Part shown: piece after piece, positions 18,768-29,148 of the stretch
Layout of the letters: each line of letters starts with the position of its first letter
How positions within the stretch are numbered: the stretch's first letter is position 1
Source: Candidatus Melainabacteria bacterium 17Bon1m
GTDB taxonomy: Bacteria; Cyanobacteriota; Vampirovibrionia; Obscuribacterales; Obscuribacteraceae
Assembly: GCA_032128875.1 (NCBI GenBank)
Contig: JAVLKG010000001.1
Span: 32,001-96,000 of the forward strand
Length of the DNA: 64,000 nucleotides
Direction of reading: 5' to 3'
Made by a program: the position numbers and the translations under genes
The notes under the pieces: model-generated
Databases searched by the model: none
What the model was told of the DNA's origin: nothing
Seen by the model: the letters and a program-made list of their open reading frames with translations, nothing else

Positions 18768-19588
18768 GCTACTTCTCCTTAGTTCCCAGGAACCGTTCTG
18801 ATAACCAACACGACATCAATCGACATTACCGATTTGCTTTTGCGATTTGTTTTTTCAATTCGTATGAGCTTTTACCGGTTTGTTTACCGATTTGTTTTAT
18901 CGGTGTTAACTGCCAATGCGAAAGTCAGTTTTTCGAAATTGCTGAAGCTTTCTTCTCTGTTGTCGCTTTTGCAAATCCCAATATCGATGAGAGTTTTGCA
19001 AAGTTATCAATGGCACACGCCATTGTAAAAGCTGGATTTCAAGAATGTCTACCCGACACGTATTGTCTTAACCTAAAAAGGTTATAGGAACATGTGGAAA
19101 CTCTTGAATCCCAATCTTCCAAAGCCGCCGCTGGCGGGAAAAACGAGCGCCTGACATCGAGCTGTGATTTGAGTTGCCAGGAGGGTTGGTTGTAATGAGA
19201 CTGGTTGCAATGTGGTATGTCCGTCTCATAATGCATTTTTCGTGCTTCTTACAGTTAAAGGTACATACAAAAAAGATATATGTGCATGCAGAATTCACGA
19301 CCTATGCCTGTCATCACCCGTGATACCACTCCTTCAGAATCAATGCCTTAAGCAATTTGAATGTGGGCGAAAGCCTGCACAGTTGACGTTTTCACGTGAC
19401 GCAGTTTGCGATTCTCATGGGATGATACGATCAAATTTCACGCATCTGATGATGTAAGATTTTTCTAGATTTTTATTGCATCATCCGAATTCATGAACAG
19501 GCGCCCGTGGCACTTCTGGGCCCTTTTAGTTTTCGTCGAAAATTGCGAAAAATGATTTTCTTGAATATTTGGGCGTTTCGAGACGCGG

Positions 19589-19624
19589 GAAATGAAATAC
19601 TTTTCTAGAAAAATATTTCATTTC
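19589..19624. repeat. Near-perfect 36-bp AT-rich palindrome
   Basis: GAAATGAAATACTTTTCTAGAAAAATATTTCATTTC, with a single mismatched pair. Confidence 0.9.
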
Positions 19625-19632
19625 TCAAAAGC

Positions 19633-19720
19633 GAAATTGAATTGTGCAATACCGGAAATTGAATTGTGCAATACCGGAAATTGAATTTTGCAATGCCGAG
19701 AAATGAATTGCGCAACGTCG
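19633..19720. repeat. Four tandem 22-bp repeats
   Basis: GAAATTGAATTGTGCAATACCG x2, GAAATTGAATTTTGCAATGCCG, AGAAATGAATTGCGCAACGTCG. Confidence 0.9.
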
Positions 19721-19773
19721 CAATTTTGAGGACGTTTTGAATGTTCTATTCAGAACGCGTCTCTAAAGCGCTA

Positions 19774-20490
19774 TTACTCGCCCTGTCCTTTTGCGAAGCC
19801 ATCCGGAATCAATTGATAGCCACCGCCGTAAACGGTTTTGATGTACTTGCGCTCAGGCGTTTCTAAGCGCGTTCTAAGGTGGCGGATATGCACACGGATA
19901 GTGTCGACGTCATCGTCGGGAGCATAGCCCCAGACTTCCTCCAACAGTTTGCCGGTGGAGACTGTCTGACCGTGATGCTGCATGAGGCAGTGAAGAATTT
20001 CGAATTCGGTAGGCGTCAGTTTGACCATCCGCTCTTTCACCTTCGCTTGAAGGTTTTCCGGAATGAGAGTGATCTCACCTGCGTGCAGGATTTCCGGCAA
20101 GGTTGCTGACTGTGGCACGCCGCCCGAACGTCTTAGAAGGGCTCTGATGCGCACCTGCAGTTCCGGAATCTCAAATGGCTTGACCAGATAGTCGTCGGCG
20201 CCGGAATCGAAACCAGAGACTTTGTCCTTGGTCATTCCGAGAGCGGTCAGCATAAGAATTGGAATTGGATGGGTTTGAGGATTTTGACGCAGGCGCTGGC
20301 AGACAGTGAAGCCGTCCAAGTCAGGCATCATGACGTCAAGAACGACGAGATCGGGACGATTCTGTTGCGCCAGCGCCAGTCCTTTGTGACCGTCGCTTGC
20401 GGTGGTTACTTGATGTCCCAATAGTTCTAGGTTGATTTTGACGAGTTCGGCGATTGCTGCGTCGTCGTCAATAACGAGTATTCTTGACAA
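19774..20490 (-). CDS. rpaA: OmpR-family response regulator, RpaA orthologue
   Basis: RpaA-typical strings [64 protein letters not shown]. Confidence 0.85.
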   Translation of the reverse strand: MSRILVIDDDAAIAELVKINLELLGHQVTTASDGHKGLALAQQNRPDLVVLDVMMPDLDGFTVCQRLRQNPQTHPIPILMLTALGMTKDKVSGFDSGADDYLVKPFEIPELQVRIRALLRRSGGVPQSATLPEILHAGEITLIPENLQAKVKERMVKLTPTEFEILHCLMQHHGQTVSTGKLLEEVWGYAPDDDVDTIRVHIRHLRTRLETPERKYIKTVYGGGYQLIPDGFAKGQGE

Positions 20491-20518
20491 CTTGTTCTCC
20501 TCAAGAGGTCTTAGTAGA

Positions 20519-21637
20519 TCAGGCTTGACCTACGACCGACAATTTTACTGGAATTTTCATCGGCCGCCCGCCCCGCAAAATCTGTAATGTCACTTCCTGC
20601 CCAGGCTTTTTCGTCTCGATTGCGGTCCACAATTCGTCAACAGAGCGAACTACGCGGTTATCTATGGCTTGGATGACGTCGGCAAGATTTACATCAAGAG
20701 CACGGAAAGTAAATGGACCTTGTTGGTAGACCACCACTTTAGGACCTGACAAACCCGCCTGAGCGGCCGGTCCCTTTGGATCTAGTTTGATAATTCGCAA
20801 GCCGCTATCGACTGGAGCGACGACAAGAATGCCAAGGTCTGGACGAATGATGCGGTGATTAGCAATGAGCTCCGGCACAATACGCTTCGCCACATTCACC
20901 GGAATGGCAAGTCCAATCCCTGCAGACTGTCCGGTCCGCGACAGAATTGCCGTGTTGATGCCTATCAATTTGCCACTTGTATCGAGCAGCGGACCACCCG
21001 AGTTGCCAGGGTTGATGGCTGCATCTGTCTGAATAATTCCTTTGATCAAGCGCCCGCTTTCCGTGCGCATCGTTCTTCCCAAGCTGGAAATAATTCCCTG
21101 CGTGAGAGTTCTTTCCAAACCAAAAGGGTTTCCAATTGCAAATACTCGACGGCCAACCTCCAAAGTTGAGGAATCGCCATAAGGAATTGGAGACAGAGTT
21201 TTTCCAGTTGGTACGGTCACTTTGAGAACAGCCAGATCGCTGTCTGGATCAACGCCCACGACGGTCGCAGGAAGCACCGTGCTGTCCCATAGAGTAGCTC
21301 GGATGTTTTTGAACCCTTCGACAACGTGGTTGTTGGTGACTATAAAACCGTCTTCGCTGACGATAATTCCAGAACCGGCGCCTTCTTTCGGCGCGAAGTT
21401 GTAGTAGATGTCTTCCGAAGATGCCGATGATGCGATGTTTACAACGCCCTTGTTGCAGTTTTTGTAGACGCGGATATTCACTAGCTCGTCAGGCGTCAAG
21501 TTTGCGTGAGCAGGTGCCGGCTTCTTAAGATCCGCTACACCAGCCGCATTTGCGACTTGTGTCTGGACCTGCGTTGCCGCCAACGCAATAAGCGATGTAC
21601 CAATCGCCGCCATCCATTTTTTCGACACTTCAATCAT
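20519..21637 (-). CDS. HtrA/DegP-family serine protease with one PDZ domain
   Basis: Signal peptide, [30 protein letters not shown]-terminal PDZ. Confidence 0.95.
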   Translation of the reverse strand: MIEVSKKWMAAIGTSLIALAATQVQTQVANAAGVADLKKPAPAHANLTPDELVNIRVYKNCNKGVVNIASSASSEDIYYNFAPKEGAGSGIIVSEDGFIVTNNHVVEGFKNIRATLWDSTVLPATVVGVDPDSDLAVLKVTVPTGKTLSPIPYGDSSTLEVGRRVFAIGNPFGLERTLTQGIISSLGRTMRTESGRLIKGIIQTDAAINPGNSGGPLLDTSGKLIGINTAILSRTGQSAGIGLAIPVNVAKRIVPELIANHRIIRPDLGILVVAPVDSGLRIIKLDPKGPAAQAGLSGPKVVVYQQGPFTFRALDVNLADVIQAIDNRVVRSVDELWTAIETKKPGQEVTLQILRGGRPMKIPVKLSVVGQA

Positions 21638-21771
21638 GTTGTGTATTTGTCCTTGAGCTCTTTATTTTGAAGACTCGGGTTTTGAATCTGACTAAATCTG
21701 AAGACTCTTTGCTCTTACTTTTGATCCGGATTTTGGGTTAGGTTTTTCTGATGTTCCGCCGATTAAACGAA

Positions 21772-22461
21772 TTATGCAGCCGAGCCGGTTTCGGTTCCCT
21801 TGCCTTCTGGCGTGGCGTCATTGCCTGCGGGCGGATCTTTCGGTTTTTGTCCGATTTTTGGTTCGGTGCCTTCCATCAAGCGTTTGACATTGGCTTTATG
21901 TCTCCAGGTCACGTAGACAAGCGCTATGAAGCCGTAGGCGATGTGCGCCGCCGGATCATGAAAGAGCCAGAAATAAACAGGCAACATCCAGACCGCACCG
22001 ATTGAGGCAACGGAGACGATTTTCGTTATCCCTAAAATCGAAAGCCATGTTGCAAACAATACTCCGCCTACAAGTGGATTGAGAGCAATTACTGTTCCCA
22101 AGCCAGTCGCAGCGCTCTTACCGCCCTGAAAGCCCAGAAAAATAGATTTGCTGTGACCAACTAAAGCGGCAACAGCACACAGCGGAGCGCACGTATGGGT
22201 GAGTCCCAAAATGCTCCAGTCGGCTCTGCCGCCGTCAAAATAAACTGCTGCTGCAACAGGCGCATAGCCTTTGAAAATGTCGAAGAGAAAAACGAAAAGA
22301 GCAGGTCCTTTGCCGACGCAGCGCAACACATTGGTTGCGCCCGTTGATTTACTGCCGTGTTCGCGAATGTCGATGCCTTTGACCGCTTTCGCCACCCAAT
22401 AACCGGTAGGAATTGAGCCGGCTACAAAGGCAATCACAATCATCAGAATGAAGGTCGCCAA
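21772..22461 (-). CDS. plsY: Glycerol-3-phosphate acyltransferase PlsY
   Basis: [40 protein letters not shown]. Confidence 0.97.
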   Translation of the reverse strand: MATFILMIVIAFVAGSIPTGYWVAKAVKGIDIREHGSKSTGATNVLRCVGKGPALFVFLFDIFKGYAPVAAAVYFDGGRADWSILGLTHTCAPLCAVAALVGHSKSIFLGFQGGKSAATGLGTVIALNPLVGGVLFATWLSILGITKIVSVASIGAVWMLPVYFWLFHDPAAHIAYGFIALVYVTWRHKANVKRLMEGTEPKIGQKPKDPPAGNDATPEGKGTETGSAA

Positions 22462-22466
22462 GGCGT

Positions 22467-23891
22467 TTATTTCTCCTTCTTATCTCTGGTGGCGATGCGG
22501 ATTGGTGTGCCGACAAACCCAAAGGCTTCACGCAATTTTCGCTCTAGGTACACTTTATAACTGTTGGTCAAAAGTTTGCTGTCATTGACGAACAGAATGA
22601 AGGTTGGCGGTCCGACCGATACTTGTGTTCCGTAATAGACTTTCAAGCGTTTTCCGCGCTTTCCGGAAGGCGGCGGAACAAGCGCTACAGCTTCGGCGAT
22701 GACTTGATTGAGAAGTCCCGTCGAGATGCGACGTTGCGTCTCTGCGAAAGCGGCTTCGGCTACATCGAGGATTTTCGTCAAGCGCTGTTTTGTTTCTGCG
22801 CTTGTGAAAACGACAGGAGCAAAGGCAAGCATTCGCAAGTCCGTTTTCACCATTTCGGTGAACTCGTTCATGAGCTTCGATGTTTTGTTTTCGATGAGGT
22901 CCCACTTGTTGACGACGACAACGCATGCGCGCCCGGCTTCGTCAATTTTTGCGCCAATTTTTTGATCTTGATCGGAGATATCTTGCGTTGCGTCCATGAC
23001 GAATACAACGACCTCCGAGCGAGAAATCGCCCGCAGCGATCTAACGACAGAGAAGGCTTCGATGCCGTAGTCGACCTTCGATTTGCGCCTGATGCCGGCG
23101 GTGTCGACGAGAGTTAATTCGCGACCCTTGTATATTATGGTCGAGTCGATGGCATCACGGGTGGTGCCAGGGATATTGGTGACGATAGAGCGCTTTTCGC
23201 CAATCATCGCGTTTATGATGGATGATTTGCCGACGTTTGGTTTTCCGACAATGGCGATTGCGATCTTGCTTTGGATTTCTGCAAGTCTTGCTTCTTCCTC
23301 TTTCGCTTGTATCTCCGCGGTTTCTGCGTCAGCAAGGCGTTCGGTTTTTGATTTTTTGACCTTGCCGTTTTTCTTAGGAGACTCGTGCTCTGGATTGATC
23401 AAGCTGACGATTTTGTCTAGAACATCGCCGACGTCTCCTGAGCCACGCATCGCGGAAACCGGCATGGGATCTCCCAACCCGAGCTGATAGAACTCAAGGA
23501 CGTTAGGTTCGTCTTTGGGATCGTCGATTTTGTTGACGGCGACAATGATAGGCTTTTTCGACCGTCTCAAAAGGTTTGCCACATCTTCGTCGGCGCCGTT
23601 CAGTCCGGCTTTGCCGTCCACCATGAAGATGATCAAGTCGGCTTCGCTGACAGCCAAGCGCGCTTGATCGTACACCTGCGTTGTGATTTCGTCGGTTGAT
23701 TCAGTGAGAATCCCGCCCGTGTCTACAAGGACGAATTCCTGTCCGCACCATTCGGTTTCTCTGTAGATCCGATCGCGCGTCACACCCGGCTGGTCGTCGA
23801 CAATGGCGTGCTTGGCGCCAACGCAGCGGTTGAAAAATGTTGATTTACCGACGTTTGGCCGCCCCACAATGGCGACCACATGCTTGGTCAT
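22467..23891 (-). CDS. der: Ribosome biogenesis GTPase Der (EngA)
   Basis: Two G domains GRPNVGKS and GKPNVGKS, then a KH-like end FGFVGTPIRI. Confidence 0.98.
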   Translation of the reverse strand: MTKHVVAIVGRPNVGKSTFFNRCVGAKHAIVDDQPGVTRDRIYRETEWCGQEFVLVDTGGILTESTDEITTQVYDQARLAVSEADLIIFMVDGKAGLNGADEDVANLLRRSKKPIIVAVNKIDDPKDEPNVLEFYQLGLGDPMPVSAMRGSGDVGDVLDKIVSLINPEHESPKKNGKVKKSKTERLADAETAEIQAKEEEARLAEIQSKIAIAIVGKPNVGKSSIINAMIGEKRSIVTNIPGTTRDAIDSTIIYKGRELTLVDTAGIRRKSKVDYGIEAFSVVRSLRAISRSEVVVFVMDATQDISDQDQKIGAKIDEAGRACVVVVNKWDLIENKTSKLMNEFTEMVKTDLRMLAFAPVVFTSAETKQRLTKILDVAEAAFAETQRRISTGLLNQVIAEAVALVPPPSGKRGKRLKVYYGTQVSVGPPTFILFVNDSKLLTNSYKVYLERKLREAFGFVGTPIRIATRDKKEK

Positions 23892-23948
23892 TGATTCCTC
23901 TTCGCGTCATGTGCTCGGCAAATTTGGCTGAATTTGAGAATAGAAAGC

Positions 23949-26237
23949 CTATTTCTCTGTCGGACCCTTGCCTGGGGGCTTGCCGCCGGGACCGCTCTTG
24001 GGACCACCGGGACCCCATTTCTTGCCGAGCTTTGGCGCTTGATCATACAGCCATCTAAGGATAGTGTCCTTGGCAGTATTTAGGTAAATAGCCGATTCGG
24101 TATCTCCACCTTGATCAGGGTGCACACCGGGACTGGTTATTTGCTTCTTCCAGGCATCCGTAACAGATTCTATGGTCATCTCTTCCGGGCGAACGCCAAG
24201 CAGCATGCAAGCTTTGCGGATTTCCGGCGGGACCTGACGGACGAAACCTTGCGTGGGCGCGGATTGCGCGGCACTGGGGCCGGGAGGCGGAGGGCTGCTG
24301 CCCTGCGGAGCGCCCGTTTGACCGACTGATGCCGTAGGAGCTTCTGCCGGCGCCTGTCCTGTTTCCCCTGGTTTGGGTCTGGCTTTTCCGCCGATAAATT
24401 TGCTGCCCAGACCTTTCGGCTCAGACTTGTCCGCGGCAGCCGCCGGAGCGCCAGTACTCATCTGATGGGCTTCTCGGGGTTCTGATGACATTTCTTTGGC
24501 CTGACGGATCCTGTTTTTGATCAAATCTCGCAATTCGTCATCTGACGGGGCATTGCCCTCTGGCGACAACTGTACGTCCTGAATGATTTCTATGTCTTCC
24601 AGGTTGCTATAGTCGTCAAGACCTTCGAAGATATCCATCGAGTCGAGGTCGAAACCGCTGCCCTGCTGACCGCCGTCAGCGTATTCAGGTTCTTGAACTG
24701 CCCCGTAGTTGTCTTGAACATCTTGTCCGAAGGCGTTCTGCGCAGGTTGACCGTAAGCGTCATGTCCGCCCTGTCCGTAGGAGTCTTGGGCTCCCTGTCC
24801 GTATGAGTCTTGGGCTCCCTGTCCGTAGGAGTCTTGGGCTCCCTGCCCGTAGGAGTCCTGGGCTCCCTGCCCGTATGAGTCCTGGGCACCCTGCCCGTAG
24901 GAATCCTGCGCTCCCTGTGCATAAGCATCGCTGGAGCCTGGGTTGTAGGAATTCTGCATTCCTTGCCCATATTCGTCTTGGACGCCTTGCCCGTAGGCTG
25001 TTCCGGCTCCTTGACCAAATGCGTCCGGCTCCTGGGTGGACTCATCGTGAGTTTCTATATATTGTTCGCCGCTGGGCTGATATTGCTGGCCGGGATCTTC
25101 AAACTTCGCCCAGTTGTCGCCTGTCAGCGTCTCGGATGGCAAGGTTTGAATCTCGTCGATGTGACGCTCATCGATATCCCCATTGGTTTCTATGGGCACG
25201 CGCACTCTTTCTTTCTTGGGCGCCGGGGGCGGAGGAGGCGACGGGGGTTGGCTTTGCTGGATTTGTTTTGAAAAATCCTTCAAAGACTTAGCTCTGAAGT
25301 GATAGACCGTCTCAAGGTCTTTCCATGAAAGCTCGAGCATCGGATTGAATTCGCTTGCGACAAAAGGTCCGGACCGTGCAGCGTTAAACACCTTTTGCGA
25401 ATAGCTGTCTCCGAAAGACGCGCTCTGGTCTTCGACTGCGCTCAAAAAGACAGCCGTCGGTATTCCAGATTCGAGCCCCTGAGCAGGTGCGTTTGCTTCG
25501 GCCTCTGCTTCGCTCAGACTTTCCATGACTTCTGCCGGCTCATGCTCAGCGGCAATATCCTTCTTTTCTTGCCTCTCTGCTGCCAGCAATTCGGCTTCGC
25601 CAATGACGTCGGGTGTATCCCAGCCCTCGTCTTCGCGAGTAACTTTTGCGGCTGTCGGCGGCTCTGGTGCTCCGCCCACGAGCTCAGGCACATAACCAGT
25701 GTTGGACAGCTGGATGACGTTCGCCTCGCCTGTGACTGTGCCAGACACCTTCTTCTTCGCCTTGCGCTCCATTTCCAGGTCGATGTCGCCATCTCCCGCA
25801 AGCGCTCTGGCTGCTTCTTGAGCTGCGATTTCTTGCGCTTTCTGTTTTTTGCCCTCGATGACACCCAGCTTGTGCCCCAGGTCGTACTGGGTCTGCTGTT
25901 GCATGGTCAAAACTTCATTCTGAATTTGCAGCTGCCGAATGCGGCTTTCCAGATTTTTAACTTCCGCCTGATACTCCGAGATGACATCGGTATTGACCAC
26001 GAGCGGGCTGCCGCGCTCCTTGATGATCAGATCCATGTATTCAGTGACGCTGTAAACAGCACGAGCGCTAACTTTCGCCTCGTCTGCGACCGTGAAAGGA
26101 TTGACATCCAAACCCTTGTCTTTGACTGCCTTGAGTGCAGCCAGTAAGGTTTCTTTGTCGACTTCTGGTTTGCTGCTCGTTTCGTTCACCATCTGTTGCC
26201 GGTTTTCCCATCCGCCATTTTGGGCTGCTACAAACAT
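23949..26237 (-). CDS. Acidic low-complexity protein with an N-terminal coiled coil, octapeptide repeats and a C-terminal J-domain-like module
   Basis: ACMLLGV...AWKKQI...HPDQGGD...LNTAKDTI resembles a DnaJ domain; SYGQGAQD repeats. Confidence 0.75.
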   Translation of the reverse strand: MFVAAQNGGWENRQQMVNETSSKPEVDKETLLAALKAVKDKGLDVNPFTVADEAKVSARAVYSVTEYMDLIIKERGSPLVVNTDVISEYQAEVKNLESRIRQLQIQNEVLTMQQQTQYDLGHKLGVIEGKKQKAQEIAAQEAARALAGDGDIDLEMERKAKKKVSGTVTGEANVIQLSNTGYVPELVGGAPEPPTAAKVTREDEGWDTPDVIGEAELLAAERQEKKDIAAEHEPAEVMESLSEAEAEANAPAQGLESGIPTAVFLSAVEDQSASFGDSYSQKVFNAARSGPFVASEFNPMLELSWKDLETVYHFRAKSLKDFSKQIQQSQPPSPPPPPAPKKERVRVPIETNGDIDERHIDEIQTLPSETLTGDNWAKFEDPGQQYQPSGEQYIETHDESTQEPDAFGQGAGTAYGQGVQDEYGQGMQNSYNPGSSDAYAQGAQDSYGQGAQDSYGQGAQDSYGQGAQDSYGQGAQDSYGQGAQDSYGQGGHDAYGQPAQNAFGQDVQDNYGAVQEPEYADGGQQGSGFDLDSMDIFEGLDDYSNLEDIEIIQDVQLSPEGNAPSDDELRDLIKNRIRQAKEMSSEPREAHQMSTGAPAAAADKSEPKGLGSKFIGGKARPKPGETGQAPAEAPTASVGQTGAPQGSSPPPPGPSAAQSAPTQGFVRQVPPEIRKACMLLGVRPEEMTIESVTDAWKKQITSPGVHPDQGGDTESAIYLNTAKDTILRWLYDQAPKLGKKWGPGGPKSGPGGKPPGKGPTEK
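24769..24924 (-). repeat. 24-bp coding tandem repeat (GAQDSY x6, with degenerate flanking copies)
   Basis: CCCTG(T/C)CCGTA(G/T)GAGTC(T/C)TGGGCT units on the plus strand. Confidence 0.95.
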
Positions 26238-26434
26238 CCATAAGCCCTAAAGCTTAGATACCCCATTTCAAGGGATTTTCAAAAGGTTGCGGAGGCCTTT
26301 CTCAATATCTTAACTGCTTTTACTCACTGGTGAAAATTATTATTCTTGTGCGAGTCTATTGAACAGATTTCCACTTGAGAAGGCGGACGAAACTCCCTCG
26401 GAAGTTTGAACCGAGGCAGAGGAGAAAGAAGCGG

Positions 26435-26725
26435 ATGCAGGTTTTGGCCAAGCTCAAAATTCATGGACGAGTTCAGGGCGTGTTCTTTCGTCAGTCTACG
26501 CGCGAGAAAGCCCGTGAACTGGGACTTTCAGGCTGGGTTAGAAACATGCCCGATGGAACCGTTGAGGCCCTGGCTACGGGGCCGGAGAATGTTGTAAACG
26601 AACTTATCGCCTGGTGCCAGCACGGACCAGCTTATGCACGAGTCGATAGAGTCGACGTCGCAGTTTCGACGCTTGAAGACGCACATTGCGAGCCGGTTCC
26701 GGTCGGGCAGTTTGAAATCACCTGA
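26435..26725 (+). CDS. acyP: Acylphosphatase
   Basis: GRVQGVFFR, GWVRNMPDGTVE; ATG at 26435 after AGGAG. Confidence 0.95.
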   Translation: MQVLAKLKIHGRVQGVFFRQSTREKARELGLSGWVRNMPDGTVEALATGPENVVNELIAWCQHGPAYARVDRVDVAVSTLEDAHCEPVPVGQFEIT

Positions 26726-26790
26726 GTGTCTAAGCGTGCACGAACTTTGCTGCACGTCTAGACTTTTGCCGACGAATAACAAAATCCGTT

Positions 26791-29019
26791 TTAGGAATTG
26801 TCGGCAAACTCTCTTGAGCCTGGCCCTTCAAAGAGTCTATATGCCTCTTTTACCAGCGTATTTTTTTCAACCGGCTCCGACGATGATGACTTCGGCGGTG
26901 CAGAACTCAGTGGTGTGTGCTCCCGTGGCTTCTGTGCGGGATTGCCGGAGCCACCCTGTCTCTGTGGCGCACCCGCAGGGCCCCCTGATTGTTGACTAGA
27001 ATGCGAATTCGAAGATGCGCCTGAAGGAGCATTATTGGGCGCTGAAGATTGGGCGGATGCAGGACGCTCCGCCGCGTATGCTTGAGGTTCAGGCTTTCCC
27101 GGCGAAGTACCGGCGGATGGAGCTCTGGGTCGTGGTTTCGTTTCCGGCGCCACAGTCATTGGCTTGATCTTCACTTGCAGATCTCTGCCGGTAGCTTGAG
27201 CAGCCGCTCGAATATAATCTATCTTTGTTTCCAGCGTTTTGAGCAGCATCTCTTTAACGCCGATGACCAGCTCATCTCGAGTAAGAGTAAGCGGGGCGCA
27301 CATCGATTGTAAAAGTGAATAGGTCGGTTTATGACGCTCTTGTAGTTGATCGAGAATCGCTGACCATACTTCGTCGATTTCGGTAAATGCCGTTGGTGCA
27401 GCCGGTTCTGCATACTCTTCTTCGGATTCTTCGTAAGTGACGATCGACTCGGGAACGATACTTTCTTGCGACGCGTCGGCGGTTGCTACGGCAGAACCTT
27501 CGTGATGCTCTGCAGCCGCATAATCCGGAGCCGGTGCAGCTTCGCTCTGCATTGGTGTCGAAGCGTAAGGCGCCGCATTATCGCTAGAAGCAGTTGCGGC
27601 AGGCGAAGCTTCCTGGACGGACGCAGCCGGTGATGAAGCTGCCGGAGATGCCGCAGCCGGCGCAGCTGCATGTTGTGCCGGAGCCGGCGCATGAGATGGA
27701 GTCGGAGCGTGAGATTGTGCCTGCATGTGAGATGCAGCGGGCGCACCGTGTGAAGGTGGCGGCGCACTATAAGATGGACTCGGCGCATGCGATGATGGCG
27801 CGTGTGACACAGGAGGAGCCGATGGAGGTCTCGGCGCCGGTCTCTGAGCGTGCATCGCCTGTGGTGGCACACCCGATGCCAGTCGAGATTCGAGATCCAC
27901 AACTTTGTCTTTCAATTGTCGCAGCTCTGTAATTTCCAGTCTATGGCACAAAGACAGCAAGCCGATTTCGAGGGCGAGGGCTGATTGAGTAGAACGGCGG
28001 CAACTTTGTTCTAGCGACGATAATTGCTCGACCATTTGAGCAAGTTCTGTTCTGTCAAACAATTGAGACTGTTCTGTCAGTGCCTGCAAATAAGATGGAG
28101 AGCCCATCACGGGGATCTTCAATTGCGCTTTTGCAAGATTGAGAAAGTGTTTTGATAGTTCCAGAGCAATGAGCGCTGGTTCTCTGCCCTCACCGAGCAA
28201 ACTGCTGGCAGCCTGTAAAACCGGCTCAGCGGCGCCTTCTTTTATTGCTTTGCTGAAATCGAGCAACACATCTTCTTTGACCGAACCCAACATCAGAAGC
28301 AAATCGTCCAGCTGAACTTGCTTATCTTTTGTCGCCAGCAGCGAGGCTTGATCCAGCAACCCGAGCGCGTCTCTTAGTCCACCGCCCGAGCGGCGAGCGA
28401 CGAGATCGATTGCCGCATCGTCAATATTGATGTCTTCTTTGGTCGCGACATTGCGCAGATGCACAGCCAATTCATCATGGTTGATGAGCTTGAACATCAA
28501 GCGTTGGCATCTGCTGATAATGGTTGGCGGAACCTTGTGCTCTTCGGTGGTTGCCAGAATGAATATAACGTTGGGCGGTGGCTCTTCAATGGTTTTCAAA
28601 AGAGCGTTAAACGCTTCTTTCGTGAGCATGTGGCATTCGTCGATGATGTAAATCTTGTAGTTGCCGCCGACCGTTATCGGCGCGCGTTCTATAAGAAGCC
28701 TGGCGTCATCCACGCTGTTGTGCGACGCCGCGTCGATTTCGATGACCGCAGGCGAATTGACTTGCTTTACTTCTATGCAGGAAGTGCACTCCAGGCATGG
28801 AGTGGGCGTCGGACCCTTCTGGCAATTAAGTGACTTTGCCATAATCCGGGCTGATGACGTCTTGCCGCAACCACGCGGACCAGTGAAAAGGTAAGCGTGC
28901 GCTACACGATCGTGCTCGATTGCATTGGTCAGCGTCCGCACAACCGATTGCTGACCAACCAGATCGCCAAGCGACTGCGGTCTATATTTAAGGTATAGCG
29001 GTTCGTATGTGCTTGCCAC
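26791..29019 (-). CDS. dnaX: DNA polymerase III subunit gamma/tau
   Basis: KYRPQ, GPRGCGKTS, Zn cysteines, IIDECHML, TIISRCQ; long Ala/Pro/Ser linker. Confidence 0.97.
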   Translation of the reverse strand: MASTYEPLYLKYRPQSLGDLVGQQSVVRTLTNAIEHDRVAHAYLFTGPRGCGKTSSARIMAKSLNCQKGPTPTPCLECTSCIEVKQVNSPAVIEIDAASHNSVDDARLLIERAPITVGGNYKIYIIDECHMLTKEAFNALLKTIEEPPPNVIFILATTEEHKVPPTIISRCQRLMFKLINHDELAVHLRNVATKEDINIDDAAIDLVARRSGGGLRDALGLLDQASLLATKDKQVQLDDLLLMLGSVKEDVLLDFSKAIKEGAAEPVLQAASSLLGEGREPALIALELSKHFLNLAKAQLKIPVMGSPSYLQALTEQSQLFDRTELAQMVEQLSSLEQSCRRSTQSALALEIGLLSLCHRLEITELRQLKDKVVDLESRLASGVPPQAMHAQRPAPRPPSAPPVSHAPSSHAPSPSYSAPPPSHGAPAASHMQAQSHAPTPSHAPAPAQHAAAPAAASPAASSPAASVQEASPAATASSDNAAPYASTPMQSEAAPAPDYAAAEHHEGSAVATADASQESIVPESIVTYEESEEEYAEPAAPTAFTEIDEVWSAILDQLQERHKPTYSLLQSMCAPLTLTRDELVIGVKEMLLKTLETKIDYIRAAAQATGRDLQVKIKPMTVAPETKPRPRAPSAGTSPGKPEPQAYAAERPASAQSSAPNNAPSGASSNSHSSQQSGGPAGAPQRQGGSGNPAQKPREHTPLSSAPPKSSSSEPVEKNTLVKEAYRLFEGPGSREFADNS

Positions 29020-29148
29020 AGAATTTGGACCGTACGCGCCCAGCCAGTCTTGCGCCGTTTGAAACGAGACGCTTTACCCATGGATCCTAACCGATCAAGG
29101 GCAGTGATTTAAACAGATATACGAGAGCTTAGCTAAAAAAAGTGGGAT

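Noticed and set aside
19363-19380. GGGCGAAAGCCTG resembling a 16S rRNA snippet or a GNRA riboswitch hairpin
   Set aside because: The similarity does not extend beyond about 13 nt and no other riboswitch elements are recognisable
18834-19457. Short ORFs in the AT-rich gap
   Set aside because: No convincing RBS or recognisable motif, and they overlap one another
19633-19720. CRISPR array
   Set aside because: The units are head-to-tail with no unique spacers, and no cas genes are present
24769-24924. Ice-nucleation protein octapeptide repeats
   Set aside because: Lacks the AGYGSTxT/TxT motifs, has few repeats, and the protein has no export signal
26860-26867. A-run in dnaX as a programmed gamma/tau frameshift site
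   Set aside because: It lies about 25 codons from the stop, far from where a gamma-length product would end
29020-29148. SRP RNA (ffs) upstream of dnaX
   Set aside because: No CAGG...GGAA...AGCAG helix-8 motif seen on either strand
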